Below, piece by piece: positions 12,501 to 25,386 of a DNA stretch of 64,000 nt. The stretch covers positions 62,001 through 126,000 of the forward strand of contig MU008171.1 in the NCBI GenBank assembly GCA_010909165.1, in the 5' to 3' direction. A program made the translations under genes and the position numbers. Numbering within the stretch: position 1 is the first letter of the stretch; each line of letters begins with the position of its first letter. Origin of the DNA: Anthoceros angustus. Taxonomy: Eukaryota; Plantae; Anthocerotophyta. Below the pieces are notes generated by a model, which saw nothing but the letters and a program-made list of their open reading frames with translations, was not told the origin of the DNA and ran no database searches.

Positions 12501-15500
12501 CGCCTGCAAGGATAATTGAAATGAAACAGGCTCGAAAGATCTGAACATCAAGGTCAGAGACAGCCAAAAACAAAGGCCCACAAACTCACGATTCTGCCTG
12601 TTTTTCGTATGCTGATCTCACTTCATGGACGCGCACTGTCACTTCAAGCTCCTGCTCCAACCAGTGTTGGAGGGCCTTTTCGTTGCTCTGCAACATCCAA
12701 AGAAAGGTTGTGTCAGTGCAGCTCGCCAAACTTGGCACACAATGATGATTTGGAACTCACCTGGCTTGCAAAAACACTTGAGACAGATCCACCTGGAAAT
12801 AGAAATACGGGTGTCAACAACAGTCCGGTTTTCACCTGGACAGGCTACGCCTTCATTGCCCTTTCAAAAATATCAGTCAGACCAGGCGATTCTCCTGAAG
12901 GCAAGACAAGCCAGGAAACCCTCCAAGTGCCGGCATACCATTAGACGCAGTATCACGTGGAGATGACTTCCGGGCTTCCAGTAATTCTTTCAACCGCCGA
13001 GTTGCAATAGCAGCTTCTTCTGTTTTCCGCTGCAATACCTGCATAAAGGATGCAGGGCACACCACGTGCGAGGTGGGATTACGTCAAAATGGGAGGTGAG
13101 AAATCCATTCGCAAGTCACAGCGCATTCGATAACAGTGCAAACCAGCAGAATTCATATTATTCGACCCTACATCCGGCTTGAGAATGGAGTCTCACCATT
13201 TTCTGACGTTGATTCAAGGCTTGGAGTTTGTGCATCTCGTATTCCGTTCTTCGTCCTTCCTTACGAAGCTGCAGCATAAAAACAAAATTCAAAGATCTGA
13301 CTTGAAGTACAGGGAAAATGCGATCAAATCCTCCGATGTACTTGCAAACCTGTAGAACCTCCTTTTCGCGGCAAGCCTTCCAAAGGCGGAACTGCTCGGC
13401 TTCCTGCTTGATCTTATGTTGCAATTGAACCTTAAGGTGCACAACAGGGAGTGGTAAGACCAGTGCAAGGGTAGCAACTTGATAACAATTAATCGGCTCT
13501 GCTTCTACCTTCTGAGTTTTAATGCGTTGTATATCATCCAGCAATCGTTTGGCAGCTTCATCACTACGCTGTTTCTGCCGCAAGAGATGGGACTGATTTT
13601 CTTGTCTCTTCCTTAAATCTGAGATCTGAGATATATCCCACACTTTTTAGTGTTAGTCATACGGAGTGCCCCATAGCATCGATAATAATAGCAGCAGAGA
13701 GGCATACCTGTGTCTCCAGCAGCTTCAACTTTTGCTGATAGATCTCTTGCATCTTCTGAGTGTGCTCGTCAGAGTTCGTGGTCAGAGTTTCCAGCTCGAG
13801 TACAAGAGCATCCCTCTCTTTCTGGTAAACAAAGGAGTGACATAAACTTGTAGGTCAAGACCCCACAACACCTGCAAACGGAAGAAAGATTGCTGAGATT
13901 TCTTGAACCTTTTCAGCACGATGTATACCTGCAACAATTTCTTCTCATCTTCCAATTCGACAAGCTTTTTCTCAAAGTGGTGTTTTAGAACTAGAGTCTC
14001 AGATTTTGCGAATGTCTTCATTTCAGCCTGCAACAGCCGCAGTCGTTAAAGCGATTTGTAACAGAGTAGAAGACAAAGACAGACAACAAAAAAACCAAAG
14101 ACAATACCTCTTTTTGCTCTAGATGCTTATTCAACTCCTGAAGTTCCTTGTCTAGCCTGTCTTGCAACAGTGTATGCTCAAGCTCCTTTGCTTCCACATA
14201 TTCTTCGCCGTCACCTGAGTGTCTTAAATCCAGTAAGAATTTGCTGTTCCAAAAGCATCATAGTGCTCAGAAATACAGGACAGGACAAGGCATCACCTCC
14301 TGGTTCCTCTTCTGTAGAGGATGGGCAGCTGATTTCCTCTGAATCCAACACCAAAGAATCTGGATGTCTCTTGCTCAAGCAAAGGTTTGCATCAGCAGCA
14401 CTGTAGTTTGCATCGGACGCTACCGCTTGGTCCTCCTCCATCTTCTGGATCCTCCTTACAAACATATTCTCCTGTGTAACACATCCATTATGTTCCTTTA
14501 ATTACGCTCAGAAGTAAATTGCATCAGCAACTAACTCAAGTCAAGTAGGAAACAAACGCAAATGGTGGAAGCATAGTTCAAGCTGGAAAAGTACATACTT
14601 CTGTGCCATTTCCTTCATTGATTTGAGCTTTCCTATCTCCAGGTTTGCTCTGCAAAGTGTCCTGCACCACCTACATGTACTGTTATATGATACAAGGACA
14701 TCACAAATAACCAGAAGCAGATATCACAGCACACAAAAACTTCCAACTAAAAGAATGACAGAACATATCAGTGGGCAGACCTGATCATCCAGACCATGTT
14801 GTGACAATGCATTAGTTCTGCCCGACAAAGCTTCCAGATGTTGCTGAAGCTCTGTGTTGGTGGACTCCAGCCAGGCAATCCTTTCCTTCAGCATCTGCAT
14901 GCAACGACATTTGAAATTCAGTAAAACGTAGATAGATAAACTTAACCTCATAAATTGCGTGGTCAACACACTTGGCCAAACCTGAACATCCTCAAAGGAA
15001 GTACCACCAGCACGGGCACAGACAAGCTCAGCCTGCATGAGGTCCATCTGCTGTCTCATCCTTTGCATTTCAGCAGCTATTGGGTCCCGGTTCACCTGCA
15101 ATGGTTGGAACACGATTAAGTACTATCACTCAAGGAAAATTGCCCCAAAAAAAAAAGCAATGAGATACTCACTGTAGGCTTGTTTTGAATGTTCCGTGCC
15201 CTATTAGCATATTTCAGAGTATTCAATGTCTCCTCAGCATTTGAGTCTGCTGGGCTAACACAAGCTGCAAAATGTACAACTTGAACTGAGTCTGCAACCA
15301 AAACATGCAAAGAATAATTGATTCATTCACCAGACAGAGAGCAAACCTACCAATCATAACTGTTCGGCTGTTGCCCCCCAGAGAGTCCTGCGCCAAAGTA
15401 GAAAAAGAAAAAGCTAAACCAAAGAAGTCTCAAGATTTGAACAAACGCTAAACAAACTGCAAAAAGACACACTTGCAGCAGTCGTGTTAGTTTACTGTCG

Positions 15501-17293
15501 CGGTAAGGCACATGACCACCCTCCTTCCTCTTTTTATCATCCCCCAGAGCACTGATGACATTGCCAAGAGCAAGAAGCCCCTTGTTGATATGGACTCCTG
15601 CATACCGCCATTCATATAAGCTAGAATCCAGGGCAAACACAAAAAAAAAACAGCAATACAATACTTGCCTTCTTTGAAACGCAGTCCATCAGCTCCAGTT
15701 CTTTTAGCCCTTTCTGAGCCTGCAAGGTCCACTAAGTGCAGTTTCGCACACAAGAAGTCGTCGTGCATCTCATCTAAGTCAGGCCCACTATCAGCAGCAG
15801 GAAGGTCCCACTTCCGCCGCTGTTCGACTGTAACTGTGAAGATAGCATGCGAACGACTGCAAAAAAGATGGGGACAGAGCAAAGGGGCTGTCAGCAGTCA
15901 TCTAAATTACAAGTTGCACAAACATAAGCCACTAAACATGGAAAAATAACACAGTACTCAAAACTTATAATAGCTGCAGTGATGCAAAGCACACGGCACT
16001 AGCAAATAGAACCACAGATTAAATCTGAACAGCTTTTTTCTTGCCACTCTGTGTAGCAAAAGCCTCTAACCTGGAGCTTGTGTTCATGTTCGTACTCCCG
16101 GTTGCACGACAAAGGGATCCTTGCTCCAGACATGATGCCATCTCAGAAACATTGTTTACAACTGTCTCTGTAATTCCAGCGATAACAATGCCACCACTTG
16201 TAGTTTCCCGAATCTGAATCGGAGGTTTGACTGGACCTGATATTTTTAACACTCCCCCAAACATCCCAGCACCATTTGCCGGATCAAGTTTAGATGCAGC
16301 TTGACTTGAATCCAGGAGATCATGTATCTCCTCCTTAAGAATCTGCAAGATTGAGTCTCATGATGATGATACTGAGACCAAAAATATACCCGACAGAGAT
16401 CTTTTACACTGATCAAGGGCTGTGGCTGGCTCAGAGCAGACGTGAAAGCGAGCACGCTGTGAATACCATACCTCTATGTAGGACACTCGAAGGAGGAACT
16501 CCATGTTTTGCTTCAATGATTCAATTTTCGCAAAGATGGCTGCCATAACCTGTGGTATCACAGCTTCTGTGGTGCCCCCCACCGTGTAACCCGTTCCCAT
16601 GGTGAAGGTTTTCCCAGAACCCGTCTACAAGAAAGCAAATAGTTATGAGCGGTGCCCACAGTGTAGGAGTTGAATGCACGAGAGGATCAGCTACTCTGTC
16701 CACCTAAATTTCACAGGATGCCAGGCACAGGCTGAAGAGGCACAACATAGAGAAGGGAGGTACATTCACGGAGATAGAGCAACAGCTGGTGCCACTCAAT
16801 AGTCACAACATAGAAGACAAAGACGTCAGGCCATAAAGCAGATCCTCAGGTTCCAGGGCGGACCTGTCCATAGGCCAGAACTGTTGCATTGTAGCCATGG
16901 AAAAGGCCGTCAACCAGAGGAGCAACACATTCGCTAAAAAGCGCCGAGAGAGGGGTGCCAGTGCTTCCATATACATGATCGAACGTGAAAGAGTGCACGC
17001 CTATCTGGACCTGTACAAGAACCAGACATTCTATGTGAAAGGGGTGTCACGGTGCCGCAGCTACCAGGCAGCGGCGACAGAAGAAATGGAAAGAACACGG
17101 CGGTGACAATTGAAGCACAACAAGGTACAGCCAGCCGAATTATAGTGCGCGCTTTCCACGGCCCAACCTGAGGCTCGCCGGGGACAACGGAAATGCAATC
17201 CTTGCAGCCTTGCATACGCTCTGAAGCTATAAGAGGTCGAATGTTCAAGGCCACTTGCACAGCCTGAGTTGCATCACTGCCAGAAACCTCCAT
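9543..17293 (-). CDS. KIN4: Kinesin-4 (chromokinesin/FRA1/KIF4 family) with C-terminal Cys-rich domain, multi-exon
   Basis: Motor motifs [69 protein letters not shown] and [15 protein letters not shown]. Coiled coil [14 protein letters not shown], Cys-rich tail [30 protein letters not shown], and C-terminal DKEN. Confidence 0.95.
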
Positions 17294-18059
17294 GGAGCTG
17301 CTCTGTTGGGATACGAACTACATGGATTGTGGCGAAGGGAAAGAAGGGGGTGGAGAGAGTAGCAACTGGGAAAGAGAGGGAAGAAGCAGCAGCAACCAGC
17401 GTCCACCGCGCGACCGACGAGTGCTAGCAAGAAGCCCAAGCGGCTCCCTCCCAGCAAACGGCAGTCTCACCGAACGATGAACCCAATGCCCTTCGGATAG
17501 AGGCGTCCACTGCGACCAAATTCAAAATGTGTAACTTTGGTAGGTAGGTACTGTATGTAAGTATGTAGCTGGGGCCCCCCCTTTTCAAATATTAACCGGG
17601 CGGAGGTGAACGTTGCCCACATGTACATACATATATGTATATGGACTAACCTAGGTAGGTATATCTGAACACGTCCATGTCCTATAGACCCTCTAATTTC
17701 ATGTGTCTTATTCAGTTTTACACTTTTTTATAGCAAATATTTTAACATTTATACTATAATAAATAGAAAAACCTTTTATTGATCTACAAAGCAACAGCAT
17801 AAAAACAACTAACTACATCATGAGAGGTGGGCACTAACCCAACAAACTCCAAAAAGAATGAAGCTACATTATCGCGGGACTACAAATTGGAGTGTTACTC
17901 TAGTTGACAATGACTTGATGCTTCCCTGAAGGAAGAAGACCCTTGAGAGGCAAAAGTCCAATTAGGTGTCCTTCTCAAGAAGCAGCAAGATCTTTTCATC
18001 GACTTCGACCAACGGAGTTTGAGAGTTGGCTACGGCTTCCCTAAGAATCCGAACAATCA

Positions 18060-19475
18060 GCGAGACCTCAAACCTCGCTGTTGGAGGCACCCATGTGTAC
18101 AACTATACTTTGGTATCCCAATCTGGCATATGACATGAAGCCAAGTGCTTCATATGTTCCTTACACCTACGTCCATCCCTGCCTTTCAGCTTGATAACAC
18201 CCTGCTCCCCCGCTTCCACAAGTATAAGGATCATCTTGCCTGTACTCACATCTAGCATGCTTGCATGCCTGTATTGAAAATATACGAAATCTCCAAGCTG
18301 AAACTTCCGAGCCTTGGGCTTCCTTGAGCCCCCTTTGGTGAAAGCATATCTTAGCCGGTCCCGGTGTTGTGCTATAGCCAAATTTTCCATGGCCATGAGT
18401 AGCACTCGCTTCATCAGCTCAGTTCGGTTTTGCAACTTATTAAACAAGCTTCAGCATCACTACTCCAGTCTACCGACTTGGAATATTTGTCTCGAACAAT
18501 ATCGGGCAAATCTAGATATCGCCCAACGAGAAGATAATAGGGACTGAAGTTACCCAACGCTGCCTGAACATTGACCCGACACCCCAAAGCAGTATAAGGT
18601 AGCAATTCATCTCAGCACTTGGGCTCTATGGTGATGCAATAATTCTTGAGAGCATCCTTGAATGTCTGCACAAGTCACTCTGCCAGGCCATTTGCTTGTG
18701 GATGATCCCTTGACGTCCTCTTGTGGTCGATGAGACTTCTATCCAGTAGAGCCTGAAACTCCCGTCGAAACTCGTTACCTTGATCTGTAAGAACTTCTGA
18801 GCAACTGCCCTATCTGCTGAGGACACATTATAGAAAAGCTCTACTAGTGTACAGTGATATTCACATTGGCAGGAACGCCACCTTCACCCACTTGTAGAAA
18901 TATTCTATCATGACCATACAGTGTCGATTACCTTGTTTGGTCAAAGGCAACTCTAGCATAACGTCTTCAGACCACCTGAAGAAAAGCCTTGAAAGGGCAA
19001 TGAGTGGAGCACCATATCTTGTGTGTTGAATTTGGCCTTGACAACATCACACGCCACACACCTGGCCACTACTTGCTCCACATCGCCATACATTGCAGAC
19101 AAGAAATACATAGTCTTAAGCATGTGATGAGTTCTTTTGACTCCAAAATGACCCAATGCTCATGTACCTTGAGCACAATGTCATTCTTAACATAGGGGGT
19201 GGAACCTCCTTCACAAGATCCCGATCCTACAGCATTAGCTTACCTGATGGCCACACATATCTTGATACTCTACGCTGCAGCTTGGACAATAGAGCAGATG
19301 TAATACTTGTCACATGACCCTCCTTCAGCAGCTGCATGGCGTGAGCATGTCTCCGGATGTCTCGGGCAAAATTTGCCAAATCATGAGTCTTCCCTGTGTT
19401 GTCTTTTACAGCCATCAGTGCCACAAATAAACTGGGCACAACTAGTTTCCTTTGCTCAAGCCAACCTTGTGCCAA
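18060..19475 (-). mobile_element. Degenerate Ty3/gypsy integrase fragment
   Basis: HHCC region GHFGVKRT...VARCVACD, broken rve core, and C-terminus NLAIAQHRDRLRYA...FQLGDFVY...LASCHMP. Multiple stops and frameshifts. Confidence 0.85.
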
Positions 19476-19493
19476 CTATGAAGATCGATGAAA

Positions 19494-19681
19494 CGATGAT
19501 GACAAATCAAAGTTATGCCCTACTTTAAGCAACCGAATTTGGAAGAACTTCAATTGATGTGCAGTGATGAAGCTGAATGGTGAAAACCGATGATGACAAA
19601 TCAAAGTTATGCCCTACTTTAAGCAACTTAATTTGGAAGAACTTCAATTGATGTGCAGTGATGAAGACGGGTGGTGAAAAC
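19494..19681. repeat. Direct duplication, 2 x 94 bp
   Basis: CGATGATGACAAATCAAAGTTATGCCC begins at 19494 and 19588. Confidence 0.9.
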
Positions 19682-20146
19682 AAATTGGTTGTGAAGCGAG
19701 GATGTCAATGAAAATATGGAGGACTGAAAATTAGTGTACAGAGTTGGGTTTGTGTAAACTTTGTGTGTGATTGGTGGGAGACCCAGTTGGCTACGTTTGA
19801 GTTCAAGAAGATCCTTGAAACTAATGCGGACATGTGGAAATTACTTTGAGGTGCGTTTGAGCTAAGAGTGACAACCAATATATGATTGTGTGTTATCTGG
19901 TGGTGTCAGGAACTACCTCTAAGATATGTGTCATGCCTTCGTCTTCGTGTTTGCCAAAAGTTTATTACTGTCTTGCTACACCCTCAAGCCCGCTGCAAAC
20001 ACTAGATCATGAGCTTGTTCTAGCTCGAATTCAGTCTTTGTGAAATGCGTTCTGTATACTCATGTTTTTGCGAAACTCACACTGACCTGGATGTGTTTTG
20101 CAGCTTGTCGTTGCATGTGTAAGTGTGATATGATACAAAAGTCTAT

Positions 20147-20269
20147 TGATGTCTTAAGTAGCTCATGCATATAAACCTCACTTACGAGTATTTGACTCAT
20201 AGGCTCGTGATGTCTTAAGTAGCTCATGCATATAAACCTCACTTACGAGTATTTGACTCATAGGCTCGT
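20147..20269. repeat. Direct duplication, 2 x 61 bp
   Basis: TGATGTCTTAAGTAGCTCATGC begins at 20147 and 20208. Confidence 0.9.
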
Positions 20270-20913
20270 GCGAAGCCTACTCCGGAGGTATACACCATTC
20301 AACAAACCTGATGGTTTCTTTCCATCTCGAAGCCCACTCCGGAGCTTTTCAATATTGAACAAATCTCATGGTTTGTTTCCATCTCGTACTATTCACTATT
20401 CAACAAATCCCATGGTTTGCACTATTTGATAAAGTTAAGCGATCCTCCATAGTTCAATGACAAAAATCATTTTGTTGGTGTGCAAAAAGATCTCTATGAT
20501 GAGTAACCCCGTAGGTGCCGAATAATCCTTTTGGTGTCATGAGATAAGGATGTTGTATTTCTTTTGGTGTCATTAGATAAGGATATTGTATTTTTCCACG
20601 TGCAGGACATGAGCTTCTTTTTACACGAAAGAAAGATTTTATATGTATGTACAAAGAAAGGTTGCGAGAGATAAAGGTTGCGAGAGATGTCATTTGTTGA
20701 CAAAGGTGAAATTATTTCAATCCATTAGACTTTCAAAGTCAATATCTTATCCAGATATATCAGATCTTCAAGCTATCAAGGAGTCTAATAAATGTACATA
20801 GGCAGTCCTTCCTATGGTTAGTATTAGTCGCCCAATATGGTCATGATAATAAGAATTGGGTGAAGAAAACTCTGAAGTAATAAAGGAATGGATGAGAAGG
20901 AATGGATGAGACA

Positions 20914-23900
20914 TTAGACACCTAACGCATCTCTCCTGCCAATGTCCGTCATACATGAAACGAAATAACCACCTTTGCAGCTCCAGAGTCCGATTTCATC
21001 GTTCCCACATTTGTGCACATTCGTGAATTTGAACCAGCGTTGCTTCCACATTCTGTGAAGCAGCATAGCGGCGTGACGATAGCCTACCGTGAGCCTATGA
21101 CGAAAGCCCCATAGTCGTAGGTTTCTCCTACACTCAAGCTCACGCCCACTTGCCATTTCTGCTGCGACAGGTTCAACAGAGCATGAGGGAAACGGCTCGG
21201 CAGTGAACGTCTCCCTACTCCGTAAAGTAATTGCTCAAGACGGGCCCATCGGCACTAACACCATACCACGGAGGACTCTACTTGGTCTGCCTCCGTTTCA
21301 GCCTGGTCACATTGAACACAATGGCCCACTGTAACGCTGCCAGTTGGGTGATCATCTTCACAGACATCTGTCTCTTCTAACAAAGCAGCCGACTGCATCT
21401 GCCATCGCTGCTGCCATTTGTGTTTCAGTCCCATGCAATTCCTCTCGCTTCTCATGTCACTTGCTTGCAAGCTCTGCTCATTCTTCAAATCCAAAAGTTT
21501 CTGGCGCTGAGCACTGCCCAATGGAATTCCAGCTCCACACACTGGCTCACTCACAACCATATCACTTTGTTGGAAGGTAGTTTGATTTCCAAGGGAGCTG
21601 TCCAGTAGAGGTATCTCCACATCGGCAGCATCTAAACCACCAAGGGCAGCTGCAGTTGAGAATACCGAGCCTCCACAGATTGCTTCATCAGGTGACTGCT
21701 GTGTGGAAGGGAGTAGACTTGATTGCTTCCATGCAACTTCACAGCTGCCACAAGTCACCCAACACACAAGGTGTTCAATGGGTTGAAGAGAGATACACCA
21801 GAGTAAGCACAAAAGATGATGCCCACGTACCTTGTGTGTTTCTGCCCATAATGTCCTGATTCAGTATGCATCCCAGTACATGAATGCGTCATATGGCCTC
21901 CAAGTGACTCTCGGGTCCAAGATACTGTGACCTCGTCTCTCTTCTCACGTTCTTTCAAGCTTGTGAAACTTTGCTTGCAAGTAGGTTGAACGGCAGTAAC
22001 ATCAAGCAAGGTGTCAGACAACTCTGCCCTGCTACTGTACCCTGGGACCAAACCTCCATAATCACCTTGGTCAACAATTTCAGATCCCCACAAAGCTGTA
22101 GCATCGGAACATTGCGGGTGTCTTGCTGGAGAAGCATGATCACCCAGCAATTTGCAAGTTGACAGCGGGACACCTTTCACTTGCTTATCCCTTTCTTCTG
22201 GAAATCCTTGCCCACTTCTGATGCATATCAGCATAGCAGCTACTTCCTCCTCACTGCTGCTATCCATTCCGACAGGAGATGCACTCTCCACGAGGAGTCC
22301 TAAAGGCTCCATGCTCATGCAAGTGCGTGGCCTTCGAGACGTCCTCTGCTTCTTGAAAGGCACGGTCGGCAGGTCTACACTTCTGTGCATCTTCTGGGAG
22401 TACTCTTTGTGTCTTTTTGCTGAACTCATACCTTCCTTGGTACCACTATCAGTACAGTTGTAAAACTCTTCCTGGAAAAGGGCCTGCGGGAACTGGATCA
22501 TTGATTTGCTCATTCTGAACCCCACAAAATAGATGAGGCAGTATGAGAACTGATTTCAACATAAACCAGGTGACAACAGTACCAAACCAATGATGGTCCA
22601 ACCAAAATCAAAGAGAGTGACACTTTGTTGTTGAAGGCCTGAGTACAAGTAAGCAGCAATGGCAATCCAGACTCACCTGATTCCTAACTTGACATCATCT
22701 GCACTAGGTGAACGTTGCTTCTGCTTCGCACTGTTGACTTCCTGTGATCAACGTACATCCTATCAAAAATGCAAGGAATAGAACTTCTGATATTCAGTTG
22801 TCTAAGCATGGTGCAAGTGCATCAGGAATCCGAGCTTACCTTGAACAATGCAGAGATGTGATCCTTAAGCTTCAAAGCCATATGAAACATCTCAGAACCT
22901 TGTCTATTGTAAACCTGCAACAATCCAATGGCCACAATCAGCCTCCAGAATGCCAAGTAGGTTGTGAAAGGGAGGTGCCCTGGCAAAGCCACACATTTGC
23001 CAGCCCCAACTAGGTTCCCCTGTGACAAATGGAAAAAGGCCCCTCTAAGACAATTGCTCAGCACTGTGAGCATGTTGACATGCCCAATTGTCCACAAGGA
23101 CCCTATAAACAGAAAAAAGATAGAAAAAAAAAGCAGCAAATGTGCTGTTCAACGATGCCCAATGGACAAAGAGGGCATCAGGGCAGGAGTTGCTGTTTTC
23201 CATGTCCATAGAAAGCACATGAAGCCGCTCAAGGGTCTGCCGGGCAAACACAAAGCTGTCCAGATTACCAAAAGCACGGGGGCACAGCAGATGCCACAAA
23301 CTATTGGTCAAGCCAGCAGGCAGAGCTCTACCTCGGTAGTCCTGACCCATGTCAGGATTCAGAAGCCTACTTGCGACCAGCGATTTGGTCATTGAAACCC
23401 ATGTTTGCTGGTACAAGAAGCAAATACAGACATCCAACCTAGCGAAACAAAATCATCTCATTGTCTCCCTCCCTCTCACCTCTTTCTGCAATAAGAGAGG
23501 AAAAATCCATGCTTTCCTGCGTAGCATTACAACCACGATAGCTCAAGCTCCACAAGCTGGCGTCGATAGCAGAACAAGACTTCATCGTACTACCTTCGAG
23601 ATAAATTTGCTTGTAAAAGTCAAAATTTACTTGACACAGAAGTGAGAACGGAAGTTGGCCAAAGACAGGAAAACAAAACACTTACTATGGCATTTGCCAA
23701 CATCAGCATCAGATCCCGATGCAGCTCTGTGATGCTGTACGCCAACCCATTCTGTAATGACACCCAAAAAAGAAACAATCAAGATGCAGCCGTGATTGAT
23801 GTGGCACCAGCTATCTCACATTGCACACAGACAAATTGGCCCCTGACCTCAAGACGACGCCGGATGGTACTTAAATCCATTCTCTGGCGCACAATTCCAT

Positions 23901-25386
23901 CATACTCCTCCAGCAGAGCTACTGGCCTGCAGACAGTACAACAAACAGTTGACGCTCATTCCAATTTGAAAGAACCATGCCATCACAGCCGCAACTAAAA
24001 CAGACTTTAGTCACAGGTCAGAACACTCTTGGATATATAGTTGCAGGCCACCAGGAATATAACAACAGCGATGAGAGCAGACCTTCTAAATGATGCAGCA
24101 TACTTAGAGGCTGACACTGCTTTCCAAAGGTCTAGCAAGGGATCAGCTTGCGCCCACCTTCGCCTCCTAACGTCTGGATGTCTGCAAATAAGATGCCAAT
24201 TTTGTTAGAAAAATATCCTGACTAATAATCCACACCTGCCTAGTCCTAGCGTACAGCTTCGAGGAGCATACAGGCCACTGAAAGCAGAATTCCTAGCGAC
24301 CACCAAGAAAAATCTGCATCTAATAGACACCGGAGGAGTGAGAGAGAATAGACGTGAACTACGGTCGCGTACATGTCCTGGGGGTCATCGTCACCCTGCT
24401 CTCTAGATAGACGAGCAGGCAACGTACAAGAGGAGGAAAACTGGAACATGGAGGAAGGGAGCAGAGCCACTAGTGTCCTGGACATATGCTAGAAGGATTT
24501 GTACCTCGCTTCGTTCTTCCACTTGTGCTTCTCCATCGACGGAGGTTTGTCAGAGGGGTGAGTGCCGGCAATTCCGCCTGATTCCGGAACGAGGGTGGCC
24601 GCTTCACAGGCATCACAGGTTTCAAGTGCAGACTGTTGACCATTGTCACCTGACAGAGACTCGTCAAAATCAGCTGCCTTCACCCGTTTCCGTCGACCAA
24701 TTCCGTACTGCGACGTGCCGTCGTCGAGAGATGCTGTGTAGCAATCCTGTGACAGAATCTTAATGGTGCCCCCCTGGCCGTCAATGTCGTTCATTGGTTT
24801 GAGAGCAAGCTTAGAGTGGGTGTGGCCGAGGTCGGCGACAGCCTCAGCGACCACAAGGCCTTGTTCTCGGCGACGTGAAACAGGAAGCACTGCAAGAGAA
24901 GGCCCCCAGAGGACAATAACTGAGTCCCTACAAGACTGAAATCAAGAAGGAAAGTGACGGTGGCAAGGAGTGTGATACAGAGGGTCTCAACATACATTGG
25001 TCGAAGGTGCTACGGTGGAACATACATTCCTTCAACTTGTTGGGATTGCCACTCTCTGCTGCAACTGGAGACTCCTCGTTGCCACAACAGTTGTGGTCGC
25101 CGTGGTTTCCAACCGACTTGCACTTGGCAGAAGCAGTAGAAGCCATATAGACTAGAGAAAATTTATCTTGCGGCATTGGCTGCATGGATCCTCCGGCGTG
25201 ATGAAGCGCAACTGCTACAGAAGGTCCCATGTCAATCTCGGTCATTGGAGTTGAAGCCACACACGAGGCGGAGACGAGTCCTGCGCGGCATGAGAAGAAA
25301 GCGTTGCTTTGCGAGAGTGTATTATGGTCCAGCAGAAGCAGAATTGGCAGAGCTGGCTGTGGCGGAACACACTGTTGGTTCAACAC
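20914..25386 (-). CDS. Bromodomain-containing protein, multi-exon; start and stop positions uncertain
   Basis: Spliced exons 24181-24083, 23926-23848, 23751-23686 and 22914-22840 read LLDLWKAVSASKYAASFRRPVALLEEYDGIVRQRMDLSTIRRRLENGLAYSITELHRDLMLMLANAIVYNRQGSEMFHMALKLKDHI, a bromodomain. Flanking long exons at ~25386-24995, 24890-24505, 22490-21830 and 21700-21265. Confidence 0.75.
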
